Of a stretch of DNA of 64,000 nucleotides, positions 50,034-63,100 are shown one piece after another. Positions within the stretch are counted from its first letter, which is position 1. Each line of letters begins with the position of its first letter. Source of the DNA: Fimbriosthenelais zetlandica. Its lineage: Eukaryota. The position numbers were made by a program, and so were the translations under genes. Below the pieces are notes generated by a model. That model did not search any database, was not told the DNA's origin, and saw only the letters and a list, made by a program, of their open reading frames with translations. The stretch is from contig OZ365112.1 in assembly GCA_977030845.1 (NCBI GenBank), forward strand, positions 6,572,001 to 6,636,000. Reading direction: 5' to 3'.

Positions 50034-53000
50034 GTCACAATTGACTTTGTTCCGCCGGCTAGATATAATTAATTTAAAGCAATTTAAGGGTGTAGATCAT
50101 GTCGGGATTAGGGGAATTTCATCATGGTTATGTAGAAAATGGTAGTTGTGGTGTTTTGTGTTTAGAAATAGTTATGTTCCTGTCTTTTGGCCATATAGTG
50201 TTCAGTTACCTACTGTGGCAGTAGGAGGAGCCTCGGACGCCAGGAGTTGCCCGTCTTAGAATTGGTGCTAGTTAAAGTATTAGACACTAGAAGGCAGCAT
50301 ACAAGAACCTTAAAAGTATTATATAAGATAGCAGTAGATGTCTTTTAAAAGAATACTTTAAAAGATAGTTAAAAGATTAAGTGTGGAACATGAATATCTT
50401 CGATATACTCGAAGTGTTCTGTTTGTCCAGGATAGAAATCCTTAGCATATTATTAGGTTTCAAAGACGTTCATATTCCAGGGTATAATTATATGGATATT
50501 ATTTAAGTAATACTTAGTGCATTGTCATGCGATCACTGACTTCCTCACTGCATGGATTTTTATTTTTATAGAAATATAATGAAATCGTGCAGCTTTGCAA
50601 TATTAGTGTGAAAATTTACACGCTGTAACCCAAAGTCGATGGCGTTTTGTCCGCCTCATACAAAGTGATAATTTGTTAAAATCATTCAAGATAATTCTGT
50701 TTCTGTTGGAGTCTGGAGAAGACTTTGTGGACTGAGCTATTGGGGGTGTGCTCAGTCCGGGCCACATTTGGTTTGGGGGAGGGCATGATGGATGCCCCGA
50801 TGTAAATTAGACCATCCATCTTAGCACAGAGATCTATGTCTGCATGGGGCAGGGACCGTTGTTAGTGGGTTTGTTAGGCTACACAAAAAGCACCTGTTTC
50901 CACTCATACAGTGGAAATAATAGTATCCTGGGCAAATACGCTTGAAGTGAACTCGCTCATCGTTCTATTTATTTCCCTGCGATGCTAAGCGAAGTTCAAG
51001 CATGCAGAAATCATTTAGAATATTATTATTGTCATTACAAGAAATTATGCCTTTCTATATTTGAACTATTTTGAGAAACGGAAACGCAATCTACTGTAGT
51101 TTTACTTCGGTTTGTTCAGTTCATATTTCAATTTCAATTAGTTTTATTTCAATTTGGTTTTAGTGATCTAATATTGGTGAAAACGCAGTTAATGCTTTCT
51201 TGTCCTTTGACTAGAAGGGCGTCCCTCTCCTGTTACAAATCATGGTGGAAATCATGTCATGTTGAGCAAACTCGATTCATTTCTCTTCCTATTAATCTGG
51301 CAATAGGAAGTGCCAGCTGTCATAATTACAGCCCTTTCTCCATCTATGATGAATTGGAGGGCACAGAAATTGATGCCTCCCACTATATATAGATCCTAAC
51401 CGGCATTTGCAATATAACTATCATTTCATACACAAATATGATATTTTTTTGTATTTTGAAAAGTAACAGTTTTGCAGTTTAATCTACAAGCGGTATATTG
51501 ACGAACTCTAGTCAAAAGCACAGACCTTTTTTCTATTGGTTTAGCGGATGAATTGCGTGCGCTGAAATTGAACGTTTAATTTTAATTCCCGTCGGACAAA
51601 ACCGCCGGGTCTCTTATATCATGTTATTGATGAATCCGATATGATATTTACTCAACTTGATCTCCTCAACATCTATATTGGGACTTTTATTGCCATGTTG
51701 ATGGAAATAAATTAAATTTGATTTTCGAAAATGAGTTGTGTATCTATGTGAACATTATTTGGTGTTAGAGAACGCCTGTTAATGCATTATGTGCGTGTTC
51801 TATTCTCCTGCTAACACCCGTTTGTCCTTGTAATCACTCCCCGTTCATGCGAGCCAAATTCATTACCAAACCCCATCTTTTTGCTTCCCCCGCTTTTAGG
51901 GTTACTCAGTATTCAGAAAATCAAACCATGCCATTGTATTGCAAAATGTTACGTTATCCGGACCGAAGTTTTCCTAAATTAAAGCTAAATTTTCTAAAGG
52001 ATCCATTTAATGAGGAAATAATTTTTGCGCATAAATCAGTGATGTCAAACACGCCGTGTATTAACACGGTTTTCCCTTCACCTGTTTTTAAACATCGGCT
52101 GACGTAACTCAATCAAACAAATTGCATCATGAAAAATGTTCTCAGTGCACAGCCCAGAATTTTTCGGAAGTGAATTGTAAAACCGGTTTTGGATTGATAT
52201 GCGGCTGATAGGTTAAACAAGCCATGGGAACGTGCCATCCTGGACACTTAATGCATTACATGGTGTTTTTTAATAGTAAAACATGGACTGAGATGATTGC
52301 ATATTGTGAGTGTACAGGTCCTAATCCCCGATTACCAACGGCTGGATTTTCTTCGGCAGTCTTTATCAATTCTGACGCAAAACCAGCAATTGCATCAACA
52401 GGTCTTAGGGACAATTACCAAAGGCAAAACTTTCCCTTGATTCCTTTAGTAAAAGTTTCAGCTTTCACATCATACCAGTATATATGATCATTGTTCATTC
52501 ACTACAGCATTTTGAAAATTTATTTCCAGTATTTTCCTCGCTTGATACAATTGAAAAGTAGATTTATTGCACTGTTCGAAATGTGCCAATTCTTGTGAGC
52601 GGCGTGTGCCGTCCGTGCATCACGTCGATAGGGCCATAACATGCACCGTCTGTACAATGGCTTTTACCCTAATGAATCATTGGAGAGGCAGTGAAGTTGC
52701 CACCAGACATGCTAACTTGTGCTTGTGCCATTTTCGGTTTTGAATGGAAATGATCCAGATCTATTGATCATTGACATACTGGTACTGCATGGCTGGTGGA
52801 CTTACAGATGCTGAATCTCCAGTGACTGACTGCAACAAGTCATTTACAGGGCCTACATATATACAGGGAGGCTCACAAACGGTTCAAAATACTGAGCTGC
52901 TAAGCATTATGAGCGTCAATATTAGAATGCATGACTAGACACATCTATCTTCCCAGATGCATCGACCGACCCATCACATTATACACCCGTAGAATTTTAA

Positions 53001-55558
53001 ACAAGTCCAATGAATTTATTGGAAAGAGTCAATGATTGCATAAAGCGATATGATAGTTTATACAACAGATACAACTTTAAAAGTGCGGAATATGGGTCCA
53101 GGTCAAGCTTCGAACCCTAGCTTGACTCAGTACTAAAATAAACTGAGCTAAACTTTGTAAACAACACTAGAAATGTGTATAGGGTGAGGGTCTCGGAAAG
53201 GGATGACTGGTATGGGGCAGGAACAAGCCCTGGTCAGTCAAGTCTTTTTCTAACCAATGGACTAACATGCCCCTGAAAAAAATATGCCATGTTTTGTTGA
53301 CTTCAATGGGTCCTTTTTTAGCTGAGTGTCTAGAAAGGTCTCTAGTTTTCTAACTTTGTTACTTCCACTTTCTATTTACATTATTTAATGAGCATGGAAA
53401 AGCGTAAGTTTATTATTTATATAGCCCTTAGTTTGTTTGATTACTGTGATAAAAATGCTGGCATATAGCTCTGATATTCTGACAGATGTCTTGATCCAAG
53501 TTTCCTTCTTTTGAGGAGGTCTGAAGAACGCAACCAATTAAAGAATTAATTAGTCCATTCTTTATGAATATTTGATATTATGCCAGTGGAGGAATGATCA
53601 AAATACATTTTACTTTTAAGATATGCCATTTGTTCAGTCATGTTTTTGCTTATTAAGGCAAATATGGGGAACTTGTCATATAACAAAGTTAACATATGCC
53701 ATAAAAAGAAATCACTCAGGACCGGTAGAGATTCCATCGCCATGAGTCCATAATACTTGTTTCTTTAAAAATAACCCCATTGGACCTCTTTAACATATTT
53801 TTTCATTGGTATTTTCATTTCATGCAGAAGGGCTTTTCCGATGAAATAGGCAGTGCAAATAACTTGAATTCGATCTTTCCTCGATTACCTCCCATCACTG
53901 TCATGTGTACATCCATAATTGCAATAATGGATTGGTTTGGACTCTGAATGTTCCTAAACAAAGAGATAATGCAGGTTTCAAGTCTTGAGTCAAAAAGGTG
54001 GAAATTCAAGGATTGAGAGAATATGAGAGGAGAGATAGGAGGGAAGGCTATTATGTCATTATTAATGAGGGGAGATTTGAAGGGGATAAGACTAAAATGA
54101 GGAGATACTCATAGTTGTTCGCCTCACGCTCAAGCCTTCGCACCCATTCATCGCCTCTCAAACTGGCAACGTTACTTTGAAATGATGACAACCGCAAGGA
54201 GGTGTGTTTTATGAAGCATTTCATGGAATGCATGTGGATTTCATTGCGGCCTAATCCTTGTTATTTTTGTTGGATCCGTTGAAAGATTTTAAGGGTGCCT
54301 TTCTGATCCAACATGGATGCTGTCACTGAGGTGTTTCCAGACCCCAGTTTTTCTGGTTCAGTGACTTGATAGTCTTGATGCCATTGGAGGGAATAATGAC
54401 TTTTACAGCCCCTGATGAGGCACTGCATTCCATTTACTCCTGGTTTTCTGAAGCCTTTTCATTCTGCAGGCCTTTTCCTAAATGTAGTCGAGAAAAAACT
54501 TCCTGAATTATTTTTCTCGATGCCAGATTTGAAAGTTATTACCTTTTCATTGGTTCAAGCTTCTGTGAAGAGCAAAGATATTCTGAATAAGTTGGTTAAA
54601 ATTTGTTAGATACTTTGTCCTATATTGCTGTTGGTATATATGTGCGGCAGTCTCATGGGTTACATTTTAATGTCATTTTTCATCAAGTTGTCGACTGTTG
54701 TCCTATGTCGCCGCCTGTGCTCTACATATTTAAGCTGATATTTGCATGTAAATTACAGATGGTAGGACCCAGCAATGAAAGGTTTCCCTCACAGCTGGTT
54801 GTAATGTAGCAGAGAGTGAATATTCACTTCTGACAGTTTACAGGGTGGACATATTTTTTAACCGTTATTTCAGAGTTGTATTAGCTTTTAGCTTTTAGAG
54901 AGATTAAACAGGATGAAATTCAGAACACCTGTTGTATGCTACTCTCAACTCTGTACACTTTTGTAACCTTATAAATGCAGACGCACTTCACTAATAAGTC
55001 AACTATCAGTACCGCTACATTGCATTTAACTACGCAGTCTGGAAGAAATGCCTGATTTCTTCTCGGAAAAAGATCAGATTAATTTGCTATATCCTGTGAG
55101 AATTTTTTTACTCACGTCCAATTAGTTGGCTTCTGTATCAAGGGACTTTAAAAATCTCTTTAATTTCACAGAAAAGCAGACTGAAATCTTGGAAGGCTTT
55201 ATTTCATATTTCTCGTTACAATTTTTGTCCTGATCGTTGGAGGGATTCCCTGAAGTATCGAGAAATACTTGTCTTATCTCATCATGCTTGGCGGAGCAAC
55301 TCGATAACTAAGTGAGCACCTAAAAGTGTATATGAGCTAAGTATATAGACACAGGTAGCTGGGATCGATGCTAGGGCCATGTCTCTATTAAATACATATT
55401 CTACATGTTTGCTCATGAAACCACACCAAGCTGACTTAATTCAACCTCCCAAAACCTGGCTTTCAGCGTTATTAATCATAATTGATAACGACTGCTCTCG
55501 GATCGATACCCCTAGCTTCAGGGCATTGTGTATGTAAATGACTGGGCTTCGATCCTCG

Positions 55559-55800
55559 GCCAATCATTCATTAGAAGATGATAGTGACAAATGGCCACGT
55601 GATGCAAGAAAATGAGCTGTCACATGACGTGCAGCGCCACCACCGGTGACTGCCGCTAACAAAAACCACACCCATGCGCATCTGGTAATTCCATTAGAAA
55701 ATCAGCAGATTACAAAAGCATGCTTTTTCCTCCACCATTCCATATGACTGAATACCGCCACATAATTAAGGCTAATTAAGCTACGTTTACATGACATGTG
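55559..55800. promoter_or_regulatory. Motif-dense candidate enhancer/promoter
   Basis: CCAAT 55560, CACGTG 55596, GTCACATGACGT 55619-55630, AACCACA 55664, CACACCC 55668, two TAATTA sites and CATGTG 55795, with local CpG retention. Confidence 0.3.
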
Positions 55801-56560
55801 ATAAGGCACCCCGTGAATTAACTTTCCACCAGGCTGCAGTCGAGAAGAAACTGGGTAAAAAAAGAGGAAAATTAATTTGTGTGGGAATTATCACTATTAT
55901 TTCTACATGTCATTCCCTTTACACTCTTCATTTTATGAATGAGCCCAGATAAGAATGAATTTGCCCCTTATATCCCCTTGTCTTTTGCACTATTTATTGC
56001 TATGAATCAGAAGAAGCAGACTATAATTAGGATGATTTGTCTGATTTGAACCCAATATAACATGCTCTGATAAAAATTGGAAAGACTCCATAAGAATTGG
56101 AATAGGCTACTGCATTTACATTCTCGATTGGTAAAAATGAGCAGTCTCAAGTCTTGGTGGTTTTCCCACGCATTATAGTCTCATCATTAATCCATCAATC
56201 CCCACACTTCACCCATGCCCATTAACATAACAGATTAAGCCTTTATACGCTACGCTTTTTAATCCAGATTATCAGTATTTTTACTGGAAGCTTGCGTTTG
56301 GTTGAGGGGGTTTCCCAGACTAAGAGGTTACTCGTAAATTGCCTCCACCCCATTCATTTTAGGTTACAGGAGGGGGGAGTGAAAGGTACGTTTTCTCACG
56401 CCCTGGAGGTCTGTATCTATTGGTTTAATAGCTGGCTACCACATGAGAAGAGTTACAGTGATAACTAGCTCTCTATTTATATCCTCCCTCTTGATTCGTC
56501 AGAGATATTCGTTTTCTTCAAATCATTATTTTCATACTTTCCGTACGTTAGAACTTAGAC

Positions 56561-56616
56561 GAGCGCCGAAGGTGTGAAGCCCCTCACGGCTGACGGTGTG
56601 GTGGGCGCTGTAAGCT
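56561..56616. mobile_element. GC-rich fragment resembling a dispersed invertebrate repeat, next to the 16-bp array
   Basis: gagcgccgaagg...gaagcccc...gggcgctgtaagct is a GC island in AT-rich DNA; resemblance to interspersed non-autonomous elements is from memory only. Confidence 0.25.
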
Positions 56617-56668
56617 GTAATTGTTATACTCAAGTCTCTATTAGGCAACTTTGATGATCATTTTTTCA

Positions 56669-56969
56669 TTAGTTGACGCTCAAATCAGTTGACGTTCAAA
56701 TTAGTAGACATTCAAATCAATTCACGTTCAAATCAGTAGACATTCAAATCAGTTGACATTCAAATCAGTAGACGTTCAAATTAGTAGGCGTTCAAATCAG
56801 TTGACGTTCAAATCAGTTGACGTTCAAATCAGTTGACGTTCAAATCACTTGACGTTCAAATAACTAGACGTTCAAAACAAAAGTTAGTTGACATTCAAAT
56901 CACTTGACGTTCAAATTAGTTGACGCTCAAATTAGTAGACGTTCAAATCACTTGACGTTCAAATCACTT
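56669..56969 (+). repeat. 16-bp minisatellite, about 18 copies, consensus CAAATCAGTTGACGTT
   Basis: Units start at 56681, 56697, 56713, 56729, 56745, 56761, 56777, 56793, 56809, 56825, 56841, 56857, 56873 (with a 7-bp insertion), 56896, 56912, 56928, 56944 and 56960, plus a partial unit from 56669. Confidence 0.97.
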
Positions 56970-57031
56970 CAAGGGGAAATCTGAAATGTTCCCATTTTTT
57001 TTAAATTTAGGATATCATGGATATCACTTAC

Positions 57032-57104
57032 CATGATTTCAGCTACCTTTTCAACCTTTTAGATATACGAGGTGGGGTGGTGGTCTGGCTCCAATTTGAT
57101 GGAC
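57032..57104 (-). other. Candidate 5' UTR exon ending in a start codon (ATG|gtaagt), - strand
   Basis: Acceptor ttttttttctctaaatttag; 73-nt exon with stops in all frames, ending gaaatcATG|gtaagt (A at -3, in-frame upstream TAA). Downstream coding exons not identified. Confidence 0.35.
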
Positions 57105-60100
57105 CTAAATTTAGAGAAAAAAAACTTGCAAACTTTTGAGATGGCCCCTTGGAAAATTGCAGGTGATTTGAGCTCTGTTTGAAATGACCTTTCTTTGAAA
57201 GGGCTGGGAACAAGAGAGCCTGGCTTGATGATGTTTTATAATAAACTTGGTGTATGACATCATATTTGAAAAACATGTCAGTTTTTATAGCTTCCACACG
57301 TCTCCATAAAAACATTGCATGCCGGCCTTTCACAGCGGTGAGGAGAGACAATGGTTGGTTTTATATACCAATGACTTTGAAATCTGACCAAAAAAGATCT
57401 ATTGATTCTGTCAAGTAATGTGCTTTCAAAAAGTGTCCCTGTGGCTGAAGTTAACTTGATAACATCGGAAACATCTCTTTCCTTTGAATATCGGCTCAGA
57501 TGCACTTCCATTTCATTTTCCATATTTTATCTCAATTCAAAGTTGGGATTCGTAGTTCCCTTATTGCATTGGAGCCTATAGGCCTATAACAAAACTCATC
57601 TTTACAGAAGACTTGCCTCAGTAAATGTCTTGTGTAAACGTAGATTCCACCATGAAGGCCAAAGCCATCTCACCAAGATGTATCATGGTGACACTGTGAG
57701 GACATTAATCGTGCCTGTCCCTGTATCCCTGGAGGTTCCTGGAAAACATTTACTCTAGACAATTTATCACCACTACACTGTCTGATGAAACCTACACTGG
57801 AGGGGATATATCTAGATATATATAATATAAAGATCCCAGCATGAGCGGCAAAATATTGACTTAACTACCATCAACCGATAGGGAGTCATTTTCTTATTTG
57901 TTCCCCACAGATTATATGCATATTGAACCAATTCTCAATTATGAACCATGCAGTAATCCAATTAGGGCACGGGATTTTTTTTTCTGCAATGTCCAACTCC
58001 GATTCATCAACTCCTTGTAATAATTGGTTTTGTCAAAAAAAATATTGATACTAGTATTCTACAAATTTGATGTATTTTGGTGACTAAATTTGAGCTGAAA
58101 TACATTTATTTTCTCTTTAAAAATGAATGTTAACTGTTATCCATCTATGTATGTGGATGGGCTGGAATGTTACCCTTCTGGAGGCAGAGAGAATCCCATT
58201 TCTAATTAACCCCAGACTTTGTATACAGTCATTGGTGCTAACACCACTGTCTCTGTGTGTCTTGTCACATTCTTCGTCCTTCATCATCAGCTAAAGTTGC
58301 TCACGACCTCTGCAATTATACATGATTATTTGTAGCTGTCTACCTGCCACTTATACTTACTATACCTAACATTCACTTTGTTTGAACTGCAGATAAGGAA
58401 AAGACCGAATATTTAGTAGTTGACTACATGTATTAGATTATCATCCATTGGTGTTGCATAATGGCGTGAATCCTAATAACATTCACCATAATTTTTGTTT
58501 TTATTTGAATCTTTTACTTCATCCACTCATTTTTGTGGTTATCTATACATGTTTTAAATTGGGATTCATAAGGTACCCATGTAGATCCTACTCGTCTGTT
58601 GAAATCAATTGGGCGTGGCGTTCTGTGTAAACTTATCATTCTGTCAATTCCAGAAGATAAAAAACACTTGATATAAAACACTTGAGTGTTCAAGTCTACC
58701 TCAAAGCATGTGTGAGCAAGAGATGTCTGAGAAGGAGATGGATTGACCAGGGTCATCTAGAGCACTTCATTAATTCTCTCATCACTACCATGTCCCTAGC
58801 ACCCACCAATAGTCTAAAGCCCCAACACTGACACTCTGTGTCCTTCCATCAGTTGATTCCACCCAGCGGGCATTTCCCCTACTACCACACCCTCACACAC
58901 ATAGGCCTACCTCTAATACACACCCTGACCAATGTGGCTCCCTCATAACGGTCAATCGGCTGCGACAAATCCAATGCCAAGTCTCAGTAGCTCATTGTTG
59001 AAGTCCAGCCAGATCTAATTAGGAGGTCCGTAGCTGGGGGCATGAGGCCACCCCACCTTTGTCATTCGGGGTGTCCCGGATCGACCATGAAGGAACAGGA
59101 ACATTAGGGCCTTATCACTGTATTGCACATGGAGGTTGAACTATACTGTGTGCAATCCAAGATTTACCGCAATTCTATCCCTGTTTTGATCTATTGACTT
59201 GTGTCCCCGCTTCGCCTCACCTTTCAAACAGAAAGCCATTTGGTGCTTATGGGCTTGTGTCCATATGTTTCCTATGTAGGCATTTGTAATGGCCTCGGTA
59301 TAGGGCCTACATATAGAAGTCTAAAGAAAAGTGAGGATATGGGTTTAATTTAATCAGAGTAACAGATACCACCTGCCTTTGCACAAGACTAGATTATGTT
59401 CTTTGACCTGGGAACATGAAACATATATGTGATGTGTTCTTCACAATCACATGGCACCTGTATGTATTACTGCTTAGTCTCAGCTTCCAAGATACTTCGT
59501 GAAAACAATTTGATTGGTCTGTTGTCGTGTATCTGATTTGAATGCTGTGGTCGTCAATTTGAGCAATGAGTAAGTAGTATATGAATTTGTGATGTAACAT
59601 TTAAGTCAATGCCTCTGTCAAAGTGTGCATGAATAGATAAGAGGATTTCATTTGGAGTGGGAGAGGAAGTCAACTTTGATTTGTCCATTTCCTTTCCGCT
59701 TGGAATATGACACTGCAAACACGATCGAGTCACTTCTTTTCAGCAAAGATGTCTCCTTCTATTCACAAAAGACCTGCTATTGGAGGTCATATATAGTTGA
59801 TAGGGATCTGACCCTGCTGTGGCCTGCTTTCTCTTCTTCATTCTTTACATACCCATCCTTCTTTCCCACCCACATACTCGGCCCATGTTCAATCTGTGCC
59901 CTAGCCTTTTATCTCATGTTTGCCTTCCCATTATTTCCGCTTGGCAATTAATCCACAAAGCACCTGTTTGCTGAGCGTGCTGGTTCCAGGAAACTGTTGG
60001 CTGGTGTACCGGCTACCAGTCCTCCCTATACTGGTTACTCGGGTTAGGGACTGACCAAGTGGATGATACATAGAGATATGCACAAGGTAAAGCACGCCCA

Positions 60101-63100
60101 AATTGTGCACACATACTTAGCTTTTGGTTAACCACAGTCATGTTCTTACACTGACTGCCAACAGTGCTGTCTATCTGATTGATGCACCAACTTTTGGTAC
60201 TGCAGCTGTAGCATTGAGCAAACTGCAAACAATGATTCCTGGTTTTGGAATTCATTCATTTCAGTACACATAAAACTTGGGCTTGGGTCTTTAGGAAAAT
60301 TTATTTTGTGGTTGTCTGTTCTAAAACTAATCATAGCTGGTGACTGACGGAACTTGGCTTCAGGTTGTTCTACAAATGGCTTCCCCCAACAAACCGCTGC
60401 CCCTGGTCAGTGTCCATGAACCCAACAATAGTGATTCCAGCCTCACATACTTGTATACATATATATATGTATCCCGCCCCGGGCCTTCCTAGCCTACCTG
60501 TCTCCACCCCGTTTTTCTAGCATTTCCCTCCAGGCAAGTTGTGTGACTGGCTTTCCCACAGGAGCCTAGTCCCAACTTCCACTTTGCGTTGGGCGTACAA
60601 CCGGATATAGACTGCAGGAAATGACGTTTAGTGTTGATAAAAGGGGCCACCTAAACCTTTATGTCACATTTTACCAACCACTGATGTGAAATGCCCTTAT
60701 GTAGGCTACAGGTACATGTTAAGTAATGGCCTGAAAGTAAACACCTGGATCCCTTCCCCTGTTTGTGTATTTATAGTTGTCCCAGGGGAGACAAGGGGAA
60801 GGGGAAGGGAAGACAAGAATGAAGGGAAGAAGCTTGAGTGGTTATGAGCAGTTCATAACGGCTGTAATCACTTATGAGCAGATGTGAGCAGGTCCCACTA
60901 ATGGCGACCTAAAAATTCTACCGCAATGCAAAACCTTTGTTAAGGAAAAGTAAGGTCCCATGAGCATAACCCCTGTTTTAGGCCTATCCTAGGAGTATAA
61001 TTAATTTCATAGATAATATATTTGAAAAATTCATTTAAAAATTGATAATAGACTGATGTTGTAAATATCTGGTATAATTAATTAGTTGTATAGACCCAAG
61101 TATAGTCTGAGTCAGTCAGTGTAGCTCTAAATGCATGTTCAGCCAATGATGGATCAGGCTGGTTGGTTATTTTTTGCCGCCTTTGTTACCGTCACTGAAT
61201 ATAAAAATGTGGGACATGGGATCAAGGCAATGAGGTTGAAAATAAACATCACCCATTCCTGACCTAAAAGCACGGTTCAATGTGACGGCCATCATTAATT
61301 AGCTAACCCCATTATAGCTATTGCATCTCCCATGGCGAACACGGGCTGAGACTGCAGTGTTACAGCTTCCCCATACTAACTTTCCCATACCACGGCTACC
61401 TTGCTTTGTATATGTCTGTCACCATAGCAACACCCTCACTGGTAGTGAAGTATTAGTGAACAGCCGAAATCTTTGTGTTATTACAATAGCAAAACCCGCT
61501 AGGGGTTTAACAATGGAGCTAGATTACAATTATACTCTATCTATATAGAACCCAGGTGGAAGAGTAAGGAGGAATAGATGGAACGACATGCATTGACAAA
61601 GATTAACCGCATTTTGTCCTTCCACAGGGAATATCAAGGATGTGGCGCATCATTTTTGCAATTTGGCCAGGGAAGAACAGCATAATCTGTGACGAAGTAA
61701 GACATTTTCTTGAACCTGTTTTTAAACGGTAATATATTGCCAACCTGTGGGTAGATGATGTTTTTCGTGTTCGATTTAAACAGTGGAATGATGTATTAGC
61801 CCCTGTGTGTCTCTATGCTGAACGGTATAGGGATTAGTCCGAGCCTTGTGTATTATCTCCTCCAATAAATCCCGTCCGTCCAGAGGATATGAAGGTTCAT
61901 GTTTGACCCTGGGGACTAGTGTGATTCAGTTAGCAGATGAAGTGGGGATTTGAAACAAATGGGAATATGATACCAGCAGTTGAATGAACTATGAATAATA
62001 TATTAATATCAACTTCTGATATGATACATCCATATGAGATTGATGGAGAGAAGAATAATCTCAATATTAATTCCCTTAAATTGTTTTAATTAACTCAGAA
62101 GGACCGATCTCCACTACTTGCTTGGGTTTAGTGTGAAAGCAACTTGGTGGCCTTGCCAAATCTGACTTTTATCCCAGAAAAAATATCTTAATTTAGTAGT
62201 GAAGACTTAAGGCAATGCTTCTGAAGGAGACATTTAGGGATGAAATATCAAGAGATGGCCAGACGGATTTACTTGTCGGGTCTGGTGCCTCTTAGAGGGA
62301 CTAATTAAAAGTGAAGGCCTTTAGCAGATGAATGGTATGCAGCGGGGACAGTGATGGTGGCCGGAGGAAGGAGGGGCAGGGGAGGAAGGACGGTATAGAG
62401 GTGGTCCTTAGATTACTGATGAAAACCTTAAAAACATGGCCGCACTTTGACACCAATTGTAAGCCACTCTTAAATCTATACGGTGCCGTCATGAAAGCCT
62501 GGAAAACAATATTTTGCAGTTAGAAATTGGTCAATGTTTGCAAAAATGTTATCATATAGGTAACATCACAATCATAGTGATTCAATAGGCCTACATAAAG
62601 AGTAATGGGTAGTCTGTCATTGCTCTGCTGTCCTAGCAAGACGGATGTATTAAAAGACATTTGATATTGCAGGAATCAGCTAAAACAATCCTTTCAGTTC
62701 CATTTTTAACCTCACTGACCCCATTGCACTAATTACAAGTCCTTAAAATTCCCAGCCAAATGGGATTGGCTATTTTTCACTTTTATCTCTTCTCTCCTTC
62801 TTTGCTGTTGAGGAGACTTGTAGCTTATAACTATTTCCCTCGAACTCTTCCCGCCACAGGGAATTAATATGAGCATGGTAGCGTGAGATATTTAAATTAT
62901 AATTGCAGCTTGAATCAATATGTCCGCGTTTTATTCAGAGAAAGGATATGGATTTTCAGGAAAAGAATATGAATTCTCCATTAGTTTACTCACGCTCGTC
63001 ACAGTAAAGTGATTCATGAAGAATTTATAAGGGAAGAGACATGCCTATACCCCTTTATTGAGAACCACTTAAAGAAACTGAAACATCTGGTGAAACATGG

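Noticed and set aside
53102-53126. 8-bp hairpin with a TTCGAACCC loop suggesting a tRNA T-arm or SINE B-box (similar at 55544-55560)
   Set aside because: The B-box G is missing, there is no A-box or cloverleaf, and no poly(A) tail or TSD.
54488-54520. 10-bp inverted repeat tcgagaaaaa / tttttctcga
   Set aside because: A few A/T-rich stems of this size are expected by chance in 64 kb; no associated feature.
56669-56969. CRISPR-like array
   Set aside because: The units are contiguous with no unique spacers, there are no cas genes, and the context is eukaryotic; it is a minisatellite.
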